Shown here: positions 52,454 to 64,000 of the stretch, one piece after another | How the letters are laid out: every line of letters begins with the position of its first letter | How positions within the stretch are numbered: the first letter of the stretch is position 1 | Sequence record: MK268344.1 | Length of the DNA stretch: 64,000 nucleotides | Direction: 5' to 3' (one strand) | Notes under the pieces: model-generated | What the model was told of the DNA's origin: nothing | What the model saw: only the letters and a program-made list of their open reading frames with translations | Databases searched by the model: none | Translations under genes and position numbers: made by a program

Positions 52454-53005
52454 ATGAAACAACTTGAAGTACAGGAAGTATTCTCCCTAGATTCATATAG
52501 TGTTATCAAAGCATCTTATGGGGAATCTAATTATTACATCGCTGGTAAACATGACATTACTGACTACGTTAATGCAGTAGCACGTGGTTCACAAGAGCGT
52601 AATGTCAATAAGAATGTACTTGAAGAAGGTTTACGTTTATTCTTCAGGCATAATCCCGAAAAAGATGTACTTAATGTACCCACATTCGACCTAGTACTGT
52701 ATGATGACCCAAACACTTCTGCTGAATATGTTATGGAAATGTGCATGGATCTATTTCATTACAATGAGGAACAGGCAGAAGCAGTTGTTAAAGCTCTAAA
52801 CGGTAAAGAACATTGCTATGCAGTTGGCTCTTTCACTGAAGAAATGTGTATTACTTATGCATCAATGTTCATGAATGGAAATCAGCAGCTAAATCAAAAT
52901 CTTGGGGTTGACTATATCCCCAATCCAATTAAGCCTCAAAGCTATGAAGCAGCGATGGCAACGTTAGAAAACTTAATCCGTCGCGATTATCCTAACGATA
53001 TCTAA
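52454..53005 (+). CDS. clpS: ClpS-like adaptor with N-terminal extension
   Basis: LVLYDDPNTSAEYV..LFHYNEEQAE..VGSFTEE aligns to the ClpS core. Confidence 0.75.
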   Translation: MKQLEVQEVFSLDSYSVIKASYGESNYYIAGKHDITDYVNAVARGSQERNVNKNVLEEGLRLFFRHNPEKDVLNVPTFDLVLYDDPNTSAEYVMEMCMDLFHYNEEQAEAVVKALNGKEHCYAVGSFTEEMCITYASMFMNGNQQLNQNLGVDYIPNPIKPQSYEAAMATLENLIRRDYPNDI

Positions 53006-53011
53006 TCAAAT

Positions 53012-55167
<2,156 letters not shown>

Positions 55168-57804
55168 ATGCCTAGTAAATCAAAAGCACAAGCAAGATTC
55201 TTCGCGGCAGCAGCACACAACCCTGACTTTGCTAAAAAGGCAGGGATTTCATCTAGTGCAGCCAAAGAATGGAATCAGGCAGATAAAAAAGCAGGAACTC
55301 TCAAGAAAGGTTCCAAAAAACCAGAACGTGTTAAAGAAGAAATCCTCGACGAAGAAATTCTAGATGAAGCGAGTGGTGTTGGTAATTTTCCAGTACCACC
55401 ATCTTCAATGAAGTTAATTAGAAAATATGCTTCATCTATTCTTTTAACATATGCATATAAATCCTATCAGAAATATGCTAACAGTACTGATGATGATGAA
55501 TTGGATAAGCTAGCAGCTAAGAAGATTTTACCATTCTTACAGCGTTTCCAGAAGAAATTCGATGCTTCAGTACTAAATGATGCAAGTATGAAGCGTTATG
55601 TTAACCAAAGTATTAGTGTACCATTAGATCACGAAGCTGTGTTTAATGAGTTGCCTAAATCTTTGCAAACAGAAAAAGTTCATGCTATTATTAATAAAAT
55701 GCGTCTATTCATTACATTCGATGCACGATATGGCAGTAGGGCTGGTGGTCATGCTAGACAGATCAATGCAAACACAACAGAAATTGTATTGGCACTACAT
55801 CCAAGTTATTATGAATTTAGCGTTGCTGGCGGTACTGATAGTCTAGAAAATACTATGCACCAACTACAATATTTCATGAGTGGTATTGACCATGAAGTAC
55901 AACATGCTTTTCAACAGATTGTGACTGCTCAAGTAAGTTCTGAAAATGATAAGAATAGAGAACAGAAACAAGGTTATGGTAGTATGGACGATGCATATTT
56001 TGCAAGTGGTGTTGAATTTGGCCCACAAACACAAGATATGATTAACATTGCCAATCACTGGCTTGAAATTCAAAATGATGAAGGGAAACTATCCGGTAAG
56101 CCAAATGTGGACATTTCAAACGCGATTAAGTACGTTATGAATCGCATGAAAACAACACAGGGTCGTATCTATAAAGCATTAATGAATTATAAAGAAGATG
56201 GTAGAGCCAAAAAACACTTAGCATTAATTTATAAAGGTATTGCTAAAGAGTACGAAAATATTTTAAATCAAGAAGAACACGGTGATTTAGATTTAGAACC
56301 AAAAGAAGTTGATGGTGGTGATGCAGAAAATCGCGTATACCATTCAAATACAAATGGCCCAGATGATGAAGCTGATCCAAATAATCCGATGGTTAAGATT
56401 TATCGCAAGTTAGAACGCTACGGCATGTTGCCATATAGTATAGAAGAGAAACGTGAACATGGTAAAAGAGTTGATATAACTCAAAACCCATATAACGACC
56501 CATCTAATATGGTTTATGCAACAACTGATGGTGGCATTGTGCGTTTCTGGCATCGCAATAACGTAATTGAAATTCAAGCGTGGTCTGATGGTAAAAACCC
56601 TTCAGATGGAAATATGGTTTCAGTTAATATTCCTGAAGATAAAGTATCTATTGTCATTGATAATTCAAATATGTTTGATAATTTTAAATCCATTGAGAAC
56701 TTCACAAAAACTGCGGAACAAGATATGAATGCAGTTACTATGTCTATCGATGAAATAGCAGATCAATTCCAATCATGGTACGATAATGCGGCTTTCTGGT
56801 ATGATGATACTGAAGGTAAAGGTTTAAACTTTGAATTAGATGAAGGAACGGTGTTCTTTAATTTAAAAGGAACACGTTATTCAATGTATATTCAAGAAGC
56901 ATTAAAAGATGCAGCAGTACTTTACAATACTACAACAGAAGAAGAAATTGGATACATTAAGTACTCAGATCTTGAAGAGGTAATGACTTCTATTTTCTCT
57001 TTATATTTCCAAGGAACAGAACGCCAATTCAACAGGCTAATTAAAAATCTAGGAACAAGCTCAGGATATATTGATATGAAATCTTTAGATGAAACATGGA
57101 AATATGTTGTTGATAGTTCCAAGAAACCAGTAGAAGAATCTTCTATGCGTGGTTTCATGGATTTAGTACAAGATGCGGAAATTGCAGATAGTATTGATCA
57201 AGCTGATAAAATGACACTTTCAAATCTAGAGCGTCGTAAAGCTAAAAAAAGTAATGATAATATCAATCAATTAGGAGAAGAAGAACAATTAGATGAAATG
57301 CCACAGCGTTTTGATTCATTCCAAGGTCAAAATCCTGATGAATTTGTTGATAAAACTGCTGAACTAACTGGTAAGAGTAATTTAGTTCCTTTTTCCGAGC
57401 ATCCAAACTTTACCGTAATGCGTAATAAGAACTATACTGGTTTTATTGCATTTGATAAAGAAGGTAAACAAATTGCTGTAGTTAGTGGTCATCTATCACA
57501 AGATGCAGTACTAGGTGTTAAGAATGTATTTGAAGTAGCTGCGACCGCATCTAAGACTTCAGTCAAAGGTGTTATGTATCAAATCTTCATGGATATGATT
57601 AACGCTGGTATTTCAGTACTAAGCGACACTTTACATTCTGATAGTGCTATTAAATTCTGGACTCGCTTAATCAGTTCACATAATGTATATGTTGTGGGTG
57701 ATGGTGAAGTTCTAGCAAAAGCAACACCAGAAAAAGTACACAAGTACTGGAGTGATGATGAGAACAGCCCAAGTGCTGAACTTCAACTTCTCTTAACGAA
57801 GTGA
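55168..57804 (+). CDS. Multidomain protein: MPSKS N-terminal module, zincin-like HExxH domain, C-terminal GNAT-like domain
   Basis: IDHEVQH, SGVEF; VLSDTLHSDSAIKFWTRL; ILDEEILDE near the N-terminus. Confidence 0.7.
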   Translation: MPSKSKAQARFFAAAAHNPDFAKKAGISSSAAKEWNQADKKAGTLKKGSKKPERVKEEILDEEILDEASGVGNFPVPPSSMKLIRKYASSILLTYAYKSYQKYANSTDDDELDKLAAKKILPFLQRFQKKFDASVLNDASMKRYVNQSISVPLDHEAVFNELPKSLQTEKVHAIINKMRLFITFDARYGSRAGGHARQINANTTEIVLALHPSYYEFSVAGGTDSLENTMHQLQYFMSGIDHEVQHAFQQIVTAQVSSENDKNREQKQGYGSMDDAYFASGVEFGPQTQDMINIANHWLEIQNDEGKLSGKPNVDISNAIKYVMNRMKTTQGRIYKALMNYKEDGRAKKHLALIYKGIAKEYENILNQEEHGDLDLEPKEVDGGDAENRVYHSNTNGPDDEADPNNPMVKIYRKLERYGMLPYSIEEKREHGKRVDITQNPYNDPSNMVYATTDGGIVRFWHRNNVIEIQAWSDGKNPSDGNMVSVNIPEDKVSIVIDNSNMFDNFKSIENFTKTAEQDMNAVTMSIDEIADQFQSWYDNAAFWYDDTEGKGLNFELDEGTVFFNLKGTRYSMYIQEALKDAAVLYNTTTEEEIGYIKYSDLEEVMTSIFSLYFQGTERQFNRLIKNLGTSSGYIDMKSLDETWKYVVDSSKKPVEESSMRGFMDLVQDAEIADSIDQADKMTLSNLERRKAKKSNDNINQLGEEEQLDEMPQRFDSFQGQNPDEFVDKTAELTGKSNLVPFSEHPNFTVMRNKNYTGFIAFDKEGKQIAVVSGHLSQDAVLGVKNVFEVAATASKTSVKGVMYQIFMDMINAGISVLSDTLHSDSAIKFWTRLISSHNVYVVGDGEVLAKATPEKVHKYWSDDENSPSAELQLLLTK

Positions 57805-57858
57805 AAATCTGAAAGATAAATAAAATCGGAAGCATCCTGTGATGTTTCCGATATTTTT

Positions 57859-57889
57859 TTGAGACAAAGAAGCAAAAATGTGATATAAT
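57859..57889 (+). promoter_or_regulatory. GGGA-class promoter variant (topoisomerase)
   Basis: TTGAGACA-17-TATAAT. Confidence 0.8.
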
Positions 57890-57926
57890 ATTAGAGCTAA
57901 GAAACAAAGAGACAAGGACAGCAAAA

Positions 57927-59900
57927 ATGGCAAAAGAAAAGAAATCCTCATCCGTGCTTTCTGAACATGACGTTCAGCGACTTAACGATTATCAACATGC
58001 TCGCATTCGTACTGAAATGTACTTAGGTTCACGTTCTGTTCACGAACACCAAGTGGTACTTTTCAGCGAAGAAGGCTATAACGTCCAGAACCTAGAATGG
58101 GTTCCAGCACTTGTTACAGCATTTCGTGAGATTATTGATAACTCTTTAGATGAGTTCAAAAAGGCTGGTACAAAAGATCCAGTACTTAAAATTCAATACA
58201 ATGAAGAAGACCTATCATTTGAAATCAGTGATAATGGTCGTGGAATTCCAATTGACTATGTACCAGAGTTTGATGTACATCTATGTACAATGGTACTAAC
58301 CGAGACTAAAACAGGTCGTAACTTCGATGACTCAAAACGTGAAGGTACTATCGGTCAAAACGGTCTAGGGGGTTCAATTACGATGTGTGTGAGTTCTAAA
58401 GCAGAAATCGAAATCCATCGTAAAGGTCGCCCATACAAAACTGTTTCATCCAATGACGGTTATGATGGCGTATATAAGTTCAACCAGAAGTTCAAAGAAG
58501 GTACTCTACTATTCCCTGAACTAGATATTCAAGAACCTACTATTCGCAAAGTACAAGCAGATAAAACAGGTACTTCTATTAGCTTTACGCTAAGTCCTGA
58601 AGTATTCAAGAATCGTAAACTTCCTATGGAACTTGTTTACAGTATTCTAAAAGAAATTGCTTCTGCTAACCCATCATATAAAATCATTCTTAATGGTAAG
58701 AAGATTGCCACTAAGACTAGCCCAGAGAAAACACTCTTCGGTGTAAACAAAATGATGAATCTACATGTCGTAGATGAAAGCATTGGCTTTGACAGTACTT
58801 TCTACATTGTTCCAAATGCTGTTACTGGTATGAATACAAACTTCCATATGCAAGGTATTGTAAACAATGCTCCAGCATTTGATGGTGGTACTCACCTCGA
58901 AACGTTCAAGAAACATTTTGCACTAGGTGTAAGTACTGCACTAGAAAAAGAATCTAAAAAGCGTAAGATGAATCCTAACCGGGCAGATATCGAAGAAGGT
59001 TTGATGATTTATAATGTGACAACAATGAATGCTCCTTCATTCAACTCACAAATTAAATCCAAACTAACGAACGAAAACGTAGTACGTCCAGTACAGAAAG
59101 CGATGACACCAGAGTTCTTTGAAGAACTAGTTAAGAAGAATCGTGATTGGGTGGAAGAGATTTTCGAACGTACCGCTGCTCGTACAAACAAAAAAGACGC
59201 AGAAGAAGATCGTCGTTTAGCCAAGAAACTACTAAAGGCTAAAGTTGCAAAACTTCTCGATGCTACTGGTACTGATCGCAGTTCCTGTATCCTTCTAATT
59301 GCAGAAGGTGATTCCGCAGTAAGTAACATGTCTGCTGCTCGTGATTCAAAAGTACATGGCATTCTACCGTTACGTGGTAAAATTAAAAACGTAAACGGTA
59401 CTGAGAAAACTAAAGACCTAATGGACAGTGATGCACTAAAAGATATTATGGCTTCACTAAACCTTGTACCCGGACAGAAAGCAATACGTTCAGAATTGAA
59501 CTACGGTAAACTTTATATCTGTGCCGACGAAGATGAGGATGGTAAAAACATTGGTGCATTAGTTTGTAACTTCCTATTTAAATTCTGGCCTGAACTATTC
59601 GAAGATCCAGAAAATCCATTTGTTTATATCTTTAAAACTCCATTTATTATTTTGGAGAAAGGTAAAGAAAGTCGTTATTACTACGGTCACAACGTAGATG
59701 AATACGTACCAGAAGAATGGAAAGGATGGAAAGCAACACGTGCTAAAGGTTTGGGTACTCTAGAAAAGAGTAACTTCCGTGATGCTTTAACTAACGGCGT
59801 AGCAATCGCGATTATTGACGATGGCAATCTAGGTACAACCCTAGACCTAATCTTTAACAAAGAACGTGCTGATGACCGTAAAGAATGGATGAAAGACTAA
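57927..59900 (+). CDS. gp39: Type IIA topoisomerase ATPase/TOPRIM subunit (gp39+gp60 equivalent, one ORF)
   Basis: EIIDNS, DNGRGIP, GQNGLG, AEGDSA, PLRGK, DEDEDG, KGLG. Confidence 0.95.
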   Translation: MAKEKKSSSVLSEHDVQRLNDYQHARIRTEMYLGSRSVHEHQVVLFSEEGYNVQNLEWVPALVTAFREIIDNSLDEFKKAGTKDPVLKIQYNEEDLSFEISDNGRGIPIDYVPEFDVHLCTMVLTETKTGRNFDDSKREGTIGQNGLGGSITMCVSSKAEIEIHRKGRPYKTVSSNDGYDGVYKFNQKFKEGTLLFPELDIQEPTIRKVQADKTGTSISFTLSPEVFKNRKLPMELVYSILKEIASANPSYKIILNGKKIATKTSPEKTLFGVNKMMNLHVVDESIGFDSTFYIVPNAVTGMNTNFHMQGIVNNAPAFDGGTHLETFKKHFALGVSTALEKESKKRKMNPNRADIEEGLMIYNVTTMNAPSFNSQIKSKLTNENVVRPVQKAMTPEFFEELVKKNRDWVEEIFERTAARTNKKDAEEDRRLAKKLLKAKVAKLLDATGTDRSSCILLIAEGDSAVSNMSAARDSKVHGILPLRGKIKNVNGTEKTKDLMDSDALKDIMASLNLVPGQKAIRSELNYGKLYICADEDEDGKNIGALVCNFLFKFWPELFEDPENPFVYIFKTPFIILEKGKESRYYYGHNVDEYVPEEWKGWKATRAKGLGTLEKSNFRDALTNGVAIAIIDDGNLGTTLDLIFNKERADDRKEWMKD

Positions 59901-59952
59901 GATAAGAAAAGGGGTACTTGGATGTACCCCGAAATAACAAAGAGGCAAAGGA

Positions 59953-61371
59953 ATGGCTAAATCTACAAAGAAACAATCGTCTAATGCAATTGAAAATGCA
60001 ACACTAACACTACTAAAATATAATAGTTCTGACTACATCAACCAATCGTCATTGGAATATGCTGTCAGTACTCTTGATCGGGGTATTCCCGGAATTGATG
60101 GTTTGAAAAGCTCTCAACGTAAAGCGATTTTTACGCTCAGTAAAATCTCAGGTGAGATTAAAACCGTATCAGCAGCAGGTCGCATGATTAGTGACGGTAT
60201 CTACCTTCACGGTGATGCATCAGCATCCGGTACGCTACAAAACCTCGCAAGTCCTGTAGCAAACAACTATCCACTAATCGGCAAACGTGGTGGTTTCGGT
60301 ACACAAGTCAATACCACTCCAGCTAGTGCTCGTTACACTTACGTTAAACGTACAGCAGTAACTGAAGCGTTAGTTTTACGTGATATGGATATTGTACCAA
60401 TGCAGGAAAACTACGATGGTACAACAATGGAACCAACTCACTTCCTACCAATTATACCATTATCTTTATTCGGAAACGATAGTATGTCGGTTGGTTATAA
60501 GAGTTTGATTCTACCTTACAAGATTGAAGAAATTATTGATAATTGCATTCGTGTTATCAATAAGAAAGAACTAAAAGAAATGACTCCATGCTTTACCTAC
60601 CTAGGTGCAAGCGACATAGTTGGAAAACTCGATGAGAATAAGTATGAGTTTTATGGACGTGCAGAAGTAATTGATGCAAGTACTGTAAAAATTCTAGGTC
60701 TACCACCTCGTGTAAAAATCGAAGCATTCATTGAAAAACTCATCGCAATGCAAGACAGTGGTGAGATTCGTGACTACGATAATGACAGTACTGATACTAT
60801 CGACATTACAATTAAACTACCACGTGGTACATGTTCCAAGTGGGCGGAAAAGGATGTTATAAAGTACTTTGGACTTTCTAGTAAGCTAACACAATCTCTA
60901 GTTGTGTTAGGAGAAAACGGTTTAGTTAAAGTGTATAGTAGTACATCTGACTTAATTCGTGATTTCGTAAATTTCCGTTTCAAATATTACGTGAAGCGTT
61001 ATGAGAATCTATTAGCGAAAGCAGAAGCAGAAGTACGTTATAAAGCACTAGTAGCTAAATGCTTTGAGAACGAAATGGTTACGAAGATTAAAGATTTTCA
61101 AAACCGCCAAGAACTAGTTGAGTTTGTTACATCATTAAATGATGACATTGGTGCAACCGATGAGAATATTCAAAACATCGTAAACTACGCATCATATCGT
61201 TGGACACAAGAGAACTATGATAAGACACTAGAAGAAATTCAAGCAGCTTTAGCCTTGATGAGTCAATATCAAGAACTACTTGATGACAAAGAACAAATTT
61301 GGCAAATTTATGCATCCGAACTTCGTGAACTACGTAAGATGGATTGCACACCAAAAGCTGAAAAAGACTAA
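59953..61371 (+). CDS. gp52: Type IIA topoisomerase DNA-cleavage subunit (gp52-like)
   Basis: DGLKSSQRK, YLHGD, ASARYT. Confidence 0.95.
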   Translation: MAKSTKKQSSNAIENATLTLLKYNSSDYINQSSLEYAVSTLDRGIPGIDGLKSSQRKAIFTLSKISGEIKTVSAAGRMISDGIYLHGDASASGTLQNLASPVANNYPLIGKRGGFGTQVNTTPASARYTYVKRTAVTEALVLRDMDIVPMQENYDGTTMEPTHFLPIIPLSLFGNDSMSVGYKSLILPYKIEEIIDNCIRVINKKELKEMTPCFTYLGASDIVGKLDENKYEFYGRAEVIDASTVKILGLPPRVKIEAFIEKLIAMQDSGEIRDYDNDSTDTIDITIKLPRGTCSKWAEKDVIKYFGLSSKLTQSLVVLGENGLVKVYSSTSDLIRDFVNFRFKYYVKRYENLLAKAEAEVRYKALVAKCFENEMVTKIKDFQNRQELVEFVTSLNDDIGATDENIQNIVNYASYRWTQENYDKTLEEIQAALALMSQYQELLDDKEQIWQIYASELRELRKMDCTPKAEKD

Positions 61372-61376
61372 TTATT

Positions 61377-61399
61377 AAAGGATGCCTAGTGCATCCTTT
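61377..61399 (+). terminator. Terminator after topoisomerase genes
   Basis: AAAGGATGC-ctagt-GCATCCTTT. Confidence 0.75.
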
Positions 61400-61404
61400 A
61401 CTAT

Positions 61405-61412
61405 TATAAATA
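61405..61412 (+). promoter_or_regulatory. T4-type late promoter
   Basis: TATAAATA. Confidence 0.8.
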
Positions 61413-61444
61413 CGTTAGCTTTTAAATATTTTGGAGAATTAAAT

Positions 61445-63829
61445 ATGGCAAATTTTCAGCCTCGCTGGGACTTGAAAGCTGATACAACTGTGATTTCGGA
61501 AGGTGAGCAAACTTATGTTCGCATTCAATTAAGAAAAAATGATGACGGTACTAGCCTTGAGTATAAATTAAAAGATGAACAGTACTTAGAATTAACTTAT
61601 ACTATTTCTGGAAGCGGAGAAACATTAGACGAACGTGATTTTGAACTTTATGTTGGTGAAGATATAAGTAAGCTAGTTAATATTAAAGATGGTACAACGG
61701 GCATTAGAACAATCTTTGGTCAGCATGTAGTTAAATTGTCTAAAAAACAATTCAATCTTGCTAGTAATACTCAAATAATTGATGTATACTATATGAAGTT
61801 AGTTTGTGTTGATGACGGTATTTGGGATGGCCCTGAAAAACTTCAATTCACATTAAACACAATGGATGAGGTAACATTAACAGATGACCAAATTTCAAAC
61901 CAAGAATCAGCAGGTACTATTGGTAATAATCGAGTTGAAATAAATTATAATGACAGTAATGAAATATGGGTTACACCAAGTGTGATTGCACGTGGAGAAA
62001 AGTACACGATTGGTGCGTTAGGATATGGTTCAGATAGTCGTTTATTCGTTGATTCATTTGGACGTACTCGTATTTTTGATGATGAAATTGATATCAATGA
62101 ATATCCTAATGATAGTTCGAATCGAGTATTTTATCCTACATATAAAATTGAAAGAATTTCAATGAATAGTATACCTACTGAACATATAACAGGTAGCGGT
62201 ACTATTTTAGTTCCACAAACTTCAGATTTAATTGAAGAAACTGACATTGTTATTATGGATACATTGGGTAATTTTGTTAGTACTGGATTGAAGTTTAATG
62301 CAAATGGTCAAATATTACAAACGATGATATATGAATCAGACCCAATTGATGCTTATTTCAGGGCGACGATTGTACCATTAACTTCCTACTATAAATCACC
62401 ATCTGATGCATTTTATGTTGGTAAAAGATTCAAAGCATATCAAATGTGGGTTTGTCCAGATGATCACACATACATTAAGGGTAACGTACAACCGGGACAT
62501 TTGTACCAATTAAAAGATAACGTTATCTATCCGTATGTTATTAAATCAGAATATATCAATGGTGTAGAATATGCATTATTTGAAGAAGAAATGTGGAATG
62601 ATTTAGGTGTATATTCGGTTAAACTTGGTGGTGATATTATTAATCAAACACGCCTATTCCGTATATTAGTAAATGCTAGTACAGGTGGTGGTATCGATTT
62701 TGAAACTGATGCCAACTTAGGTAGAATTCACGTTGGTGAGTACTTTGGTCATACAGTTTATCCTGTCATCAAAGCAAGTGGTACTTTTGTTACTTACCGA
62801 GTAGACTATGATTCATCGCCTGATGACATTAGAAAGTACGGTATTGATTTAACGGCTGATGGATTTATGGTCGGTACTGCATATGCTAGAAGTAAGGATT
62901 TCTCAGCTAACGATGATATTAAACTTGAATTTGATGTTATAGCAAACGAAAAGAGTGGTGCAACTGTTACTAAACGATTCAACATTACAATTATTCGTGG
63001 TTTTGGACAGAACTTCCTAACTGCACACATTGCACCAAGTAAGACTTTCGAACGTGCATGGTTTTCTAGCATTGCAACATCAAACTATTATTTAAACAAA
63101 ACTTACTACCGGGAAAGTGATGATAGATATGGTATACAAAAGATCCCACGTCTGCTATTGAAAGAAAACTTTGTCTCCCAGAACTTTAATTTTGTTTCCA
63201 TTAAAGAAACTAAAAAGTTGTTATCAAAGACTATTGTTGACCCAGATTTTGGTGCTCCAGTACCGAATGGTGTCTTCTCATTAGTAATGGGTAATTATAA
63301 GATAACATCTGCACTTGACAATCTCGGAAATGTGGTGTATGATTTACTCTACCGTGAACTTCATCCATCAGGTACACGTGTTGATGTGAGCATGAATCCT
63401 CATGTTTATACGACAACGAACAATGATGTGTTTGCTGAAATATTTGGTTTGCGTCAGAATGTATTCAAGGCGGTTGGGGAAGATGTAACAAACCTATACA
63501 CTGACCCTGATGACTTCCGTGATCGTGCATTGGTAGTTCCTCCAATAGCTGGATTATCAGATGAAATGACTGATACAGTCCCACGTTTCATGAATCACCC
63601 GTATGAAGAATATGGTTTAAAACCACAATTCATGCCTATACTACCTGTTGCGTATTTCAAACCCGGTCAAGCAGAAGCATTCTTTACTAAACTTGTGCAA
63701 AGTAATGAGCACAGTACTTTAGTAAATACCGAGTTCGAAGTACATGGTGTAGAATTTACTTTCCACACTTCTGAATATGAATTATATGTGAAAGATAAAT
63801 TTATTATTCCATTAGTAGGTAAGCAATAA
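61445..63829 (+). CDS. Large virion structural protein (Ig-like repeats; baseplate/tail candidate)
   Basis: ATG 61445 after GGAG; TATAAATA at 61405; beta-rich. Confidence 0.6.
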   Translation: MANFQPRWDLKADTTVISEGEQTYVRIQLRKNDDGTSLEYKLKDEQYLELTYTISGSGETLDERDFELYVGEDISKLVNIKDGTTGIRTIFGQHVVKLSKKQFNLASNTQIIDVYYMKLVCVDDGIWDGPEKLQFTLNTMDEVTLTDDQISNQESAGTIGNNRVEINYNDSNEIWVTPSVIARGEKYTIGALGYGSDSRLFVDSFGRTRIFDDEIDINEYPNDSSNRVFYPTYKIERISMNSIPTEHITGSGTILVPQTSDLIEETDIVIMDTLGNFVSTGLKFNANGQILQTMIYESDPIDAYFRATIVPLTSYYKSPSDAFYVGKRFKAYQMWVCPDDHTYIKGNVQPGHLYQLKDNVIYPYVIKSEYINGVEYALFEEEMWNDLGVYSVKLGGDIINQTRLFRILVNASTGGGIDFETDANLGRIHVGEYFGHTVYPVIKASGTFVTYRVDYDSSPDDIRKYGIDLTADGFMVGTAYARSKDFSANDDIKLEFDVIANEKSGATVTKRFNITIIRGFGQNFLTAHIAPSKTFERAWFSSIATSNYYLNKTYYRESDDRYGIQKIPRLLLKENFVSQNFNFVSIKETKKLLSKTIVDPDFGAPVPNGVFSLVMGNYKITSALDNLGNVVYDLLYRELHPSGTRVDVSMNPHVYTTTNNDVFAEIFGLRQNVFKAVGEDVTNLYTDPDDFRDRALVVPPIAGLSDEMTDTVPRFMNHPYEEYGLKPQFMPILPVAYFKPGQAEAFFTKLVQSNEHSTLVNTEFEVHGVEFTFHTSEYELYVKDKFIIPLVGKQ

Positions 63830-63838
63830 GGAGATTGT

Positions 63839-64000
63839 ATGTTTGATCCATTTTTTGACCCATCGGGTATGACTGATAAGGAATTACAACAAAAAATCTT
63901 TGATATGAGTAATCGTATAACACAAGCACGTAATGCTGGAATGCCATCAGACATGATAGTACGTATGTACCTTGTTATTGATGCATGTGATGAAGAAATG
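63839..64000 (+). CDS. Hypothetical protein, truncated by the window end
   Basis: AAGGAG RBS; MFDPFFDPSGMTDKELQQK... open to the end of the window. Confidence 0.65.
   Translation, partial: MFDPFFDPSGMTDKELQQKIFDMSNRITQARNAGMPSDMIVRMYLVIDACDEEM

Noticed and set aside
57927-59900. T4 gene 60-type translational bypass in topoisomerase
   Set aside because: ATPase and TOPRIM parts are one continuous ORF; no gap needs bypassing.

Overview
This 64-kb window comes from a large AT-rich, T4-related (jumbo-type) myovirus genome, probably of a gammaproteobacterial host. It uses the standard genetic code, and I saw no tRNA, CRISPR array, intron or intein. Head module: portal, prohead core proteins, gp21 protease, scaffold and major capsid protein, followed by a free-standing Zn-repeat/GIY-YIG endonuclease. 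Also present are a tail-fibre/chaperone pair and the large terminase. Replication and recombination genes: B-family polymerase, clamp, SSB, UvsX/Y/W, primase, helicase, two RNase H types, Dda and topoisomerase II. Nucleotide metabolism: NrdAB, DHFR and a MazG-like enzyme. Host-takeover genes: IF3, ClpS-like, YggL-like and GroES. Three promoter classes are readable: late NNTAAATA boxes, two canonical sigma70 promoters, and 11 copies of a non-canonical TTG(G/A)GA(CA/CG/TG)-16/17-TATAAT promoter in front of replication genes. The strongest lead is apparent self-mimicry of head-assembly surfaces. (i) A 190-aa gene behind the DNA polymerase carries two segments of the phage's own portal clip region in reversed order; one is 19/20 aa identical, and 7 of its 8 nucleotide differences are synonymous. 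(ii) A 54-aa gene absent from the ORF track copies the predicted cleavage site and mature N-terminus of the major capsid protein. Other leads are AGTACT over-representation, a recoded patch in the capsid gene beside the endonuclease, an RBS-sequestering hairpin with a late promoter in its loop, a 210-aa minimal Pol III alpha, twin HExxH proteins and tandem T4-holin-like genes. All assignments come from motif recognition by eye; no searches were run, and reference sequences are quoted from memory.
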